Source: Callorhinchus milii (taxonomy: Eukaryota). Taken from it: a stretch of DNA of 64,000 nucleotides. Both the position numbers and the translations under genes were made by a program. Shown piece by piece: positions 31,501 to 43,500 of the stretch (its first letter is position 1; each line of letters opens with the position of its first letter). A model generated the notes under the pieces. The model was not told the DNA's origin. It made no database searches and saw nothing but the letters and a program-made list of their open reading frames with translations. The stretch spans positions 124,001 to 188,000 of the forward strand of contig NW_024704828.1 in NCBI RefSeq assembly GCF_018977255.1, read 5' to 3'.

Positions 31501-34500
31501 TCACTTCGTGTGGAGGTCCCTGAGCACAAACTTGCTGCCACGTTGGGTGACTGAATTTACTGTAAATCCTGTGAAGCGATTTCCTCGTGATTTGAATGCC
31601 ACCTTATCGAATGCAAGGATTATTATTATTTATTTATTTATTTAGATACACCTATGGCGAATCCATAGAAGGCCGTGCGTTCGCTCTCTTCGGGGTGGTG
31701 ACGGACAAAGATAAGTACTAATCCCATCGTCCCTTCAGTCCACCGATGTGAGTACAACAGTCACGCCCTGGTCCATCCTGCTGCCCCTTCGCAAGGTTGT
31801 GAGTTCAAGCCCCACAACACCGACAGCTAACCCGTAACCTTCCCAGCTGTTTGGGGGACGTCATTGTACAAATCGGCTGCTGTGTTTGCCCACAAAACAC
31901 ACAGTCACTGCGCTCGATAGTAAAATCTTGTGAAGCATTTGAGATGCCTCGAGGATGTGAATAGAACTGGACAGATGCAGGGATTGTGTGTTCTCATTAA
32001 TTTAAAAGCTTTTTACCCGTCTGACCGTGTGTGTTTATTTTCAGATTATTGAGGGGAAAGCGTCGGTTTTTCTGGAGAGTAACACAATATCTGAGGCTTT
32101 GGGTCCCTTGGAAAAGCTTGTTGGATTTTCGATCTACGTCATTGTCAGCGTGATAACCCGCACAGGTAAACCCTGCAACTGTTTGGACACCCGGTTGATC
32201 ACGGCGATGGGTTTCCGCGTGGGTCAGACACCCGGTTGATCATGGGATGGGTTTCCGCTTTGCGTGGGTGAATCAGCCAATTGTTTTATAAACTGCTTAC
32301 ACTTTGTAAGTTTCTTTTCTAATTCCCCACTTGTTTCTTCCAGGAAGTGATATGGTAGAAGCAGAAAACTCTGCCACCAAAATCGTCAAATCTCCATACG
32401 TAATACTGTTCACTAAAACACCAGAGTATTACAAACCAGGGATACCCTTTGACTTCATGGTAAACGTAACCCTTTTTTGTGTTTTCCTTTTTGCTTTAGT
32501 GCCGAGGGTGGGTGTGGGGGTGTATGGGGCTGTGTGTAGTGTGTGTGTGTGTTTTTATTAATAATTGCTTTTTTTAAAACTTTGGACCTTTTATTTTCCC
32601 GGCTCAAACTCCACTCTGCTCCTGGTCTGACCTCCTTATAGCTGGGATGCAGTTACCCCAAAAAACTAAGCCTGGAGTCTCACCACCTTGCCCCTTCCTC
32701 CCTCTTCTTCCCTCACCCCCCAATTTAATTTAAAGCCCATCTTGTTTCAACCACACTTATGATCACTCCGCCCCCACCACTATCCCGACACAGATGTGAA
32801 CAGCATTGTGTAAAGGTTAAGTAGTTGTTGTTATTGTTGTTAAGGTCTCTGTCACAAACCCTGACGGTACCCCAGCCAGAAGAATCGAATTGTCTGGGAG
32901 TCATGATACGGCCCACAGCGAATCCATCACCGGACTCAATGGGAAAGCCAGAATGGTTATCAACACACCAGGATCGTCAACAGTTATCAAAATAACCGTA
33001 AGCACTCCACCACTTACTATTTCCAGTGCCTTTGGACCTCCTCCAGACGTGAAAAGCGCTTTGCAGTGTAATTTTGTTAATGTTGCTTCTTCTTTTATAA
33101 TAATAATAATCCTGGCATTTGATACAGAGCCTTATCACGTCTTCGAGAAGCCTCAAAGCGCTTCACAGGATACACTGTAAAGTGAAGTGACTATATTTTG
33201 TGGGCGAAACGCAGCAGCCAATTGTGCACAGCAGCGTCGCACAAACAGTCGTGGATTGAGTGACCAGATTATTAATTTTTTAAATTTTTTTTATTTGTTT
33301 TCTTGAGGGATTATTATCAGGTGTGTGGAGTAAGGAAACTTGCTCAAGGTTTGTCCTGCTGGGAATCGAACCCAGGTCTCTCGCTTGCGAGGCAAATGCT
33401 GTAAACCACTGAGCTGCAGGACTCCAGGCCAGGGTTGAGGCCAGGAGACTGAGAACCCTTTTACTAAGTAGCTGGATGCTGTTATGTGGGGGTGGGGGAA
33501 GGGTAGGGCGGGTGTCGTGGAGGGATGAAATTGGATTCGGATGAAGAGCCTTGAATCAAATACAAGACTTATTATTAATGATTATTGGACTTATTTCGAG
33601 TTGTACAGTTACAGTGCAGCATTTAAGTTACATTTGACCTGACCTGTCCCTTGGCTCTGTCCTTCCATTGTGTGGTGCAGGTTACAACAAAAGATCCAGA
33701 GCTCCCAAACGAACGTCAAGCCACGGCCTCCATGGTTGCCAAAGCCTACAAAACGATGTTTAACTCAAACAATTACTTGCACATCAACCCCAAAGTGACA
33801 GATGGAGACAACCTGATCGTTTATCTGCACGTTCCGAAAGAAACTGCCGCCGTTACCGAGAAGATCAAGCACATCAGCTATATCGTATGTGCCTTGTGAC
33901 TGCAGTCCTGGTGTAAAACTTGCCACTCCTGACCTCACCCGCGCCCCCAGCAGCACAGAGACCACTTGCTCCCTGTCACAGAACCTCCTCACACTCGCCT
34001 AGAAATCACTTTACGCCTTGGCACCTCCCTACCTCATCCATCTGCCAACACACACAAACCACACACACAAACAACACATACACACTCGCACGCGCCCTTG
34101 CCCTTGGCCAGCTCGGGTCACCTGCACCCCCTGTGTGTCAGAGGTGTGTTTTCAGCCAGTATTACCCTGTTCTGTCACTCACTGCCTCTGCCCCTCCACC
34201 TCCCGCCCCACCACCGCCTTCCCGGTCTTCAGATTGCTTCTGAAGGCTTTCCTCTTCAACCCCTCCTGCGCTCCCCTCCCCTCTCCTCTCCCCTCGGCTT
34301 TGTTAAGCAGCGTTCAGTGACGCTGCCCCTCGGGAAGACCACCGTGTAGATGTGAAGCAGCGTTGTATCAAAATAGTAAAAATCAAGCAAACTTTACCCC
34401 ATAAAATCCTCTTTCTGGGGGGGGTGGCGGGCGGTTGTTATCTTTGTTCCTCAAATTATTTTTCCTCTCTCTCGCTCTCTCTCCTCTCGCTTTAGCTGAT

Positions 34501-37500
34501 GAACAAAGGGGCGATCGTGAAAGTTGGGAAGCAGCCAAAGGACCCGGGGCAGACCGTGGTGACGATGACGGTTCCGATCACCAGTGCGCTGATCCCATCG
34601 TTCCGACTCGTGGCTTATTACTACATAGCTGTGGGAGGGAAATTTGAATCAGTGGCTGATTCCATCTCGATTGATGTGAAGGACACATGCATGGGATCGG
34701 TAAATATTCTGTTATGCTGGGGGTGGTGGGGGGGGGGCGTTGCTCGTGGGGGCCATATACGAGAGGTAATTATTTGATGCCTTGCCGAGGCCACCAAGTT
34801 GGAGGAGGTGGTGGGGGGAAGCATGTTCATTGCCATGATATCTGATCATCTGGAGCCCCTTTGACTCTTACAGCCTCTTGTTTGCCTCTTCTGTGTGTCA
34901 GCCTGGCTCAGTTGCCTCTAAGTCAGAAGGTTGTGGGTTCAAGCCCCCACGTCGGGACTTGAAATCACACAGTCTAAGTGAAGGAGGTCCAACCCTTTGG
35001 CTGCTGAGGGCCGGATGCTGGATTTGGGAACTGTCCCTTTGACTCTTCACAATAAGCAATATTTTTGCGTTTCCCTTCCTGAAACAAAGAATCCTATCGA
35101 AGTCCTCTGGTTTGAATTGTGTGCCTGTATTACTTCAGTTCACTTCATTTCGGTTACATTGCAAACCTTAGTTAGTCAATTTAAAAATTCAGACAAATTT
35201 TAAAACAATAATACAACCAGCAATGAGGTACTTGTCTCTGTGTCTCTCGGTGTATCTNNNNNNNNNNNNNNNNNNNNNNNNNNNNNNNNNNNNNNNNNNN
35301 NNNNNNNNNNNNNNNNNNNNNNNNNNNNNNNNNNNNNNNNNNNNNNNNNNNNNNNNNNNNNNNNNNNNNNNNNNNNNNNNNNNNNGTCTCTCTCTCTGGC
35401 TGTGTGTGTGTGTATCTCTGTCTGTATGTGTTTCTCTGTGTGTGTGTATGTGTGTCTCTCGCTCTGTGTGTGTGTGTCTGTCTGTGTATCTCTCTCAGTC
35501 TGTGTGTGTTTCTCTCTCACTCTCTCTCTGGCTGGGTATGTGTCTCTGTGTTTCGCGCTCGGTCTGTGTGTGTCTCTCTCTGTGTCTCTATCTGTCTGTC
35601 TGCATATGTTTTTGTATCTCTGTCTGTATGGGGTGTCTCTCTATCTCTATGTCTGTCTCACTCTCCCTATTTGTTCATGTCTCTGGGACGTCCTCCCAAC
35701 GTGAAAGGCAACATGAAAGGCGCTCTATACATGTAATTTTGTTGTTGTTGATGTCTCTGCATTTCTCTCCGTCTCTCTGCCTATCCAGTTACCGGTTTGA
35801 AAGTGATTGACAGGTTCTGCTGCTAAATGATGCCTTGTGATGCTTTTTTCTCCCAGTCGAGTCAGACCAAGCCAGAGCTCCAGACCGTGTTTGCGGGCCG
35901 GGCTGGGTGTGGTGTTTAAATCACCTTGGTCTAGTTGACGCTCCAATGCATTGCTGGGGTGGGATGCCTCAGGAGTCCTGTAGCAAAATCCTATGCACTC
36001 GTCTCGCAGGTGAGACTACCCGGGTTCGATTCCCGGGCAGGGCAAAACGTTAGGCAAGTTTCCTTACTCCACACACCTCTGTTTACCCAGGAGTAAGTTG
36101 GAACTTGGTTGTCAGTCGATTGGCGGATCACTTTTCTGGGAGTAATAATTCCTTCAATAAAATATAATAATAATAATCCCCCAAATAAAATTGGTCACTC
36201 ACTCTACGGCAGTTTGTGGGGCACTGCTGTACTCAAACTGGCTTCTGCGTTTGCCCACAAAACACTCAGTCACTCCACTTCACTGTATATTCTATGAAGC
36301 GCTTTGAGATGTCTCAAAGCTGTGATAGGCGCTGTATCAAACTTAAGTATTATTATGATAATTACAAGCAGTATTATTATTACTACACAGCTCAAAATCA
36401 CTGGGGCCAACGAAGGGGACAATAAGAAGATTTATAGCCCACGTCAAGCATTCAAGTTGAAAGTAACAGGCGATTCAGGAGCCAAGTTTGGTCTTGTGGC
36501 TGTGGATAAAGCCATCTACGTGCTGAATAACAAAAACAGACTGACTCAGAGCAAGGTGAGGATCCCGCTACACTATTCTGGGAACTAGAGTCTGATGTCC
36601 GTCCGGTTCGCATAGTTTTATCGTCTTCTGCTGACAGAATGTCGAACTTCCTTCAGAAAAAAAAACCTTTGTGCGATATTGACTCCAAATTTCCGCCAAA
36701 TTGCTGTGCTTCGGGATAATGTCCTGGAGGTGCTTTGAATCGCCATCCTGACCTCCCCGGTGAAAGGCGCTGTATCAAAATGCCAAGATACCTGTTGTTA
36801 TTGTTGTGATGAATAATGTTTTTTTTTAAACTTCCCGCGTGTGTTCCCTGTAGATCTGGAGCACAGTAGAGGAGAGCGACATTGGATGTACAGCAGGAAG
36901 TGGGCCTGATGCCTTTGGTGTTTTTAGTGATGCAGGTTTAGCTTTCACAGCAAGCAATGGGTTCAAGTCGACCACACGGACAGGTAGTGTTCGCTAGGAC
37001 TTACAATACATTTTGACAATTCGTTGTGAGGTCAAACACGGGAGTGGAATCACATGGTCTAAACGAGGTCCAATCTGTTTGTTCAGATGGACAATTAAAG
37101 ACATCTCCCGGTGTCCTGGCCAACCAATCATTTCCCCAAATAAAATCGATCGCTCACTTTGTGGCTGTTTGTGGGGACGTGGCCTGCAAATTGGCTGCTG
37201 GGTTTCGCCCACATAACACACAGTCTCACTCCACTTTACAGTGTATCCTGTGAAGCGCTTTGAGACATCTCGATGACTTGATAAGGCGCTGCATCAAATG
37301 CCAGGATTGTTATTATTATTAACTCTTTCAACATAGAAGTGTCTGTCAAGGAAATGCCATTGAAATTAAGATTGCACAGAGGTTCGGTTCAGATATTTCC
37401 CCTTCAATTCCATTCCCAGTTTTCCCCCGTCGGCCCTATTCTCCCTCACTTGGCAACCGCTCCAGTCACTGAGAAGCGCCCCTGACCTTATCTCACAAGG

Positions 37501-40500
37501 TCTCATCAATTACTGGATTAGGATTAAGGATTATTGTTATCAAGATTAGTTTGGATGAAGGCACTTTGACCCCGTTAATTTCATCCCAGCAGCACACCCG
37601 CCCGACCATTATCCCATTTAAACGAGCCCCAGTGTCCTGGCCTCAACTACCCATACTGGGGACTCGTGTGTATTTTGAAGGCGAAACATGGCCACCAATT
37701 TGCACACAGAGATGTCCCGCAAACAGCCATGGAGTGAATGAGCGATTGATGGCCAGGTCACCGGGAGAGAGAAGCTCATTGGGGAGACTGGTTGCATGTT
37801 ACTGGGCCTGTATGAAGTGCAAACCATGAACCAGGTTAACAACACGTTATCATTACATATCAGACTGACAAGTTGGCTTTGGTTTGTTGCAGAACTCGGG
37901 TGCAAACAGATACAGAAGAGGAAACGTCGATCGCTCACTCTCATGAAGCTAAGGAGATCCAAAGGTATATAAGAGGAATCTTGCCTCAGTCGTGAGGGGA
38001 ATAGTGAGGCCCAGTAGGGCTTGGGCTGTGTGGAATATCAACAGCGGCACAGATCTGTTAGGCCAAATGGCCTCCACCACTTGCTCAGTGCCGGCCAGCT
38101 CATCAGCTCATTACCGACCTCCCTTCCTTTCCTGTGCTGAGTGCACGAAGTCAGGTCAGCGGTGACCTGACCACCCAGAAGGCGGCCGTTTTCATCGGCC
38201 GATTGTGGATTTGCCTCTTGTGGTGGGAGGGGGCTAAAAGCATCTCAGTACTTCCCGCTCCGCTCCTGCAGTGACTATCCGTGTCCTGGGGTGACTGTAT
38301 CCGTGTCCTGCGGTGACTGTATCCGTGTCCTGCGGTGACTGTATCCGTGTCTCTGGTTCTTTTAGAGAGCAAGTACTCAAACGTTTACTGAGATGCTGTC
38401 GGGATGGAATGAAGTCGATTCCAATGGCCTACTCGTGTACCTTCAGAGCAAGACGCATTAAGCAAAGCCGTGAATGTGTTGATGCCTTCCTGGACTGCTG
38501 CAACGCTTACCAGCAAAGGAAGAAATTAGAAGCAAGTAGTATGATGACATTAGCACGAAGTAAGTACATGATACTGTGCCGGCCTGCGACTTGGAACCAA
38601 TGTAGTCGAGGCTGAGGGTCGGGGCAGGGAGGAAACAGATGGACAGAGAGGGGGAGGAAGGCAAAATGGTTGAATGCTCACCCATTGATGAGGTGGGGGC
38701 AGGAAAAAGGGCAGGCGGGTGGACAGCGAGGGGGAGAGAGAGAGAGAGTCCTGTAGCTCAGTGGTTAGAGCACTCGCTTTGCAAGTGAGAGACCTGAGTT
38801 CAATTCCAGGCAGAGGGCGAAACCTTGGGCAAGTTTCCTTACTCCACACAGAGCCTAATAATAATAATAATAATCCCTCCAAAAACCAAAATCAATAATA
38901 AATTGGTCATTTTCAATCCACGACTGTTTGTGGGACATTGCTGTGCGCAATTGGCTGCCGCGTTCGCCCACAAATATACAGTCAATTCACTTTACAGTAT
39001 ATTCTGTGAAGCGCTTTGGGACGTCCTCCCGACGTGAAAAGCGCTATATCAAATGCAAGGATTATTATTATTATAGAGAGGGGGATGTGGAGATGGTGGG
39101 TGGAGGGAGCTGAGGAAGGAAGCGGGTGGGTAGGGAGTGCCAAATTCCTGCGTGGTCCCACAAGCTTTTTTTCCTTTCCCCCCCATTCATCTCTTGCAGG
39201 CGACGATGATCAAGGTTATCGTCTGTATGAAGATATTTTCGCCCGAAGTAATTTCAGAGAAAGCTGGCTTTGGTACCTGTACGACATGCCCAAGGAGACT
39301 GACAGAGAAGGGTGGGTATCTGTTTCATTTAAAATCCCTGTTTATTTATCAGAAGTTGTAACCTCTGGCCTGTCTTCTCTGTTCTCCTTGCCTCTTGGGT
39401 CAAAAGAACATGGGTTCTGCTCACATCCCGCTCCTCTACCCACTCCCATTGCTCAGCTGGCTCTGGCCTCCTGCGCGACCCTGGTTCCCTCTGCTCCAAT
39501 ATCAGCAGCCATGCTTAAAGCCAATACTCCGAGACTCTGGAACTCCCTGCCTCCATCCCCCTCACCTCGCCCCCTCTTTGTCCATCTTCGGATCCCTCCT
39601 TAAGACCTTCCTCTTCATCTGTGTCTACGGTCACCTCCCACCAACTCGGCGTTCATGCTCTGCCACTGTCAAGCGCTCTGAGGCGCTACCCACTTGTACT
39701 GTGTTAAATGCAAGGTGTGGTAATGTCGCTGTGGAAATGTCCACTGAAAATAAGCCTCTTTCTGCTTAATCAGCTATGCTTCAAAAGAAATACCAGGTCA
39801 CCTGCCAGACTCTATTACTTCCTGGGAGGTGCAGGCGGTCAGTATTTCACAGGATAAAGGTATGGACATCACACTGTTACGTTTGCTGCACCCCCCCCCC
39901 CCAAAAAAAATCCATCTATTTGGAAGGTTATGGGTTCAAGCCCCCTCCAACGTCTGGGACTTTGAGCTCGCAGTCCAGGCTACAATATATTTCTGAGGAG
40001 TGTTATGCACTGCAGTGCCACACGTCAACTCTCAGCCGCCACACACAGTCTGTTAAAGATGTTAAAGATTACCCTCTCTCCGCCCCCACCCCCGCCCAGC
40101 CCCCCCCCCGCCATGGCGCTGTTCGAAACGAAAAGGGAGTTTCTTTCCCCGATGTCCTGGCCAGCAATACCGCCAACAAAAATTGTTCGTCAACTTCACA
40201 GCAGTTTGCGGGGCGTCACTATGAGCAAATGGGCCGCCTACAGAAATAGTCACTCGCACTTGACGGTGAATTCTGTGAACCCCTTTGAGACATGAAAGGC
40301 GCTGTATCAAATGTGAGGGGTATTATTAATGTATTTGAACGAATGAACGTTTGACAGGGACGAGTGTGGTCTGACCCGACCTGCTTGTATCCTACAGGTA
40401 TTTGTGTGTCTGATTCTTACGAGATGACAGTGATGAAAGACTTTTTCATTGATCTTCGTCTGCCCTATTCGGTCATACGGAACGAGCAAGTGGAAATCAA

Positions 40501-43500
40501 AGCCATTCTTTAACAATTACCACACCGAGAAGATTAAAGTAAGTTTTGTTCTTACTCAAGATTTTTATTTCAAAGTAAAATACAAAATGTTACCACAAAA
40601 TACAAAGTGGAATTGAATCTAGGAACTGGAGAGAACGATCTTTCAAATGAGTCATCAATTCTATAGAAATGTAGGTGTCAGCTTGGCTCAGTCTGTAGCA
40701 CTCTGGCCTGGGAATTAGATGATTGAGTCATTAAACCTCTCTCCCCGACTGTGGCCAGTTCAGATAGGCATTAAAGATCCCCCACAGTCACTTTCTAGTG
40801 TATCCCGCTGAAGCACTTTGAGGTGTCTCGGTGGTGTGATGAGGCGCTGTATCAAATGTAGGGATTACTGGTTTTATTACATATTCCTTTGAAGATCAGA
40901 AGACTGAGTGGGGATGTGATAGAGATATATAAGATGGCGGGAGACTTAGATAAGATGGACGGGAACGATTATTTCCAGGGGTACAGGGCATTATTTTACA
41001 ATCAGAACCGGGAGATCTCGAACGGGGACGAGGAGGAACTTTTTCACATAGAGAGTGGTGGGAATGTGGCATTCTCTGCTGCAGCCAGCTGGGGAAGGAA
41101 CCATGTGCCCCTTAAAAAAAGACTGGAGGCAATGTTGAGGGATATGGGGGAAAAGCTGAGATATGGGACTAAGGATAAGATGTAGGATCAACACTCCATC
41201 GTTGGAGTATAAACCCGAGCCAGTCTTGATGGGCTGAATGGCCTGTTTCTGAGCTGTACCTTCTGTGTATCTATTTATCACCCCATAAAAAGACCTGCAT
41301 TTAATCTGCTTGTTCCCAGGTCCAAGTGGAGTTTCCATACAATGAACATATCTGCAGTGGGGCAACACCACAGAAGAGGTTCAAACAGACGGTTGAGATT
41401 CACCCAAAGTCTTCCGAAGCCGTGTTCTACACCATCATCCCTCTGGTGCTTGGAGATATTGCAATCGAAATAAAGGCCTCTGTCTATGAAGCTTTTGTCA
41501 GTGACGGAGTGAGGAAGACCCTTCGTGTGGTGGTGAGTGTCTGTATTTTTACTCCGAATCTCCATCATTCCCATCCTGAATCCTCGGCTCCTCCTTGTCC
41601 GTCTTCAGGTCATGACTGAACGCCTTCCTCCTCGACCATGCCAACACTCACCGCCCTTCTCTCCCCCGGCTTGGCATCATTGTTTATGCGATCCGAGACT
41701 TTATCCCACATGAAAAGAGATATGTAGATAGATATTTGGGGAGAACGGATTTGCAAGGCTATGGGGAGAGCGAGGGGGAGTGGGGTTGATTTAGATAGCA
41801 CCAGACACAATGGGCCGATTGGCTTCCTTCTGTGCTGTATAATTCTATGATTCTATGATTCTTTCACGTCATGTGGATGTGTTGAACGCTTCACAGGAGA
41901 GACTGTTCAATGCAGTGGGTGAAGCCCCTGGATCTCATCCTTCAGATGAGCTGTAGAAACCTGACTCCCAGTCTGTGCTCTGTTCAGGCAGATGTTAAAG
42001 ATCCCCACAGCGCTATTGGGAAAATAGAAGGGAGTTTCTCTTCCCCAATGTACTGGCCAACAATCCCCCAAATAATTTTAATCTTTCTGTCTTTGAAACG
42101 AGTTAAGAACTGGGAACTCACACAAATGTATTTTTTTTCTTAGGCCGAGGGCAAACAGGTGGAAAGAGTGCAGACTATCCCATTAGATCCTCAAGGTGTG
42201 TTTGATTTTTATTTACAATTATGCAGTACCCTTCACTTAGCCTAACTTCACAGGGATGGGGTCAGACATTGAGCAAAGGGAGGGGAATGAGGCACGTTCA
42301 AAGAGACTTTAAAGACAGAAAAGAAGGGGGTGGGGGAGTTGGGGGTTGGCATGCAACAGGATAGTGGAAGGAGAGAATTCCGAAGGTCAAGGGGCATGAG
42401 AACTGAAGGCTCGGCTGTCGATGGTGGGTCGCCACTGACATCACTTCCTGCACGTTGCACCCAGAAACAACAACAACAACAACAAGATTTCATTTATAGA
42501 GCGCCTTTCACGTCGGAAGGATGTCCCAAGGCGCTGGACAGTTGGGTCAGGACCCGAGCAGGGGGGAAATGGTCAGGATGAGGGGAGGGAAAGGAGGGTG
42601 CGAGGAGGGGTAGAGAGTCGAAACAGGAAGCACTCGCTGCACTTCACAGGGAAGACTCCACAATGCACTTTGAGATGTTTCGAGGTGATGGAGGGGTGGG
42701 GGAGAGATGAGATGCAAGGCCAACACAGTTTGGAAAATGATCATCAAAAAATATATAAACTATATTGATTTATTTTCCCTTCCTCTCTTCAATAGGTGTA
42801 CGTAAAGAATTCCCAGTTGATAATAGAATCCCAGATAATGTGGTTCCAAACACAGAGCCCAGACTTCATCAGTGTACAAGGTACAGGCACCCAGGGTAGA
42901 CTTCGCTTGACCTGTCTTGCTTTCAAGGTTAAAAAGAGGGACATTTTGTGACTTTTTTTTCACAAATCTCTTGACGTTTAAGAGTCTCTTGGGTTGAGTC
43001 AGCCTGTGTTTCAGTCGGTCGCACTCTCGCCTCTTGAACCAAAAGATTGCCCACACATTTATCAATCTAGGCTGGACCGTGCTAACTCCCTGTTTGCCGG
43101 CTTCCCCAACTTTTCCCTCCACAAACTGCAGATCATTCAGAACTCTACAGCTCGTGTCCTCTCCCGCACCAGGCTCCATGACCCTATCACCCCCACCCTC
43201 ACCCAGCTCCACTGGCTCCCCATCCTCCCGAGGATAGAGTACAAAATCTTCGTCCCCACCTTCAATGTCCCCCATGGCCTGGCCCACTCCTACCTCTGAC
43301 CTACCTCTTCGGCCACTCTCCTCTCCCTGCCGTCCAAGCCCTCCTGATTGCAACCCCTAGCTCAGGTCCAAATCCCTGACTGTCCAGCGCCTTGGGATGT
43401 CCTCCCAACGTGAAAGTTGCTGTGTAAAGTCATTTGTTCTTGTTGCTGAAGATGTTGTGGGTTCAACCCCCTCCCCCCAAGTTGGGGACTTGGAGCTCAC

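Noticed and set aside
38746-38820. tRNA gene (A/B boxes, TGC anticodon-like loop)
   Set aside because: No proper acceptor stem; it continues into a SINE core and tail and occurs in many dispersed copies.
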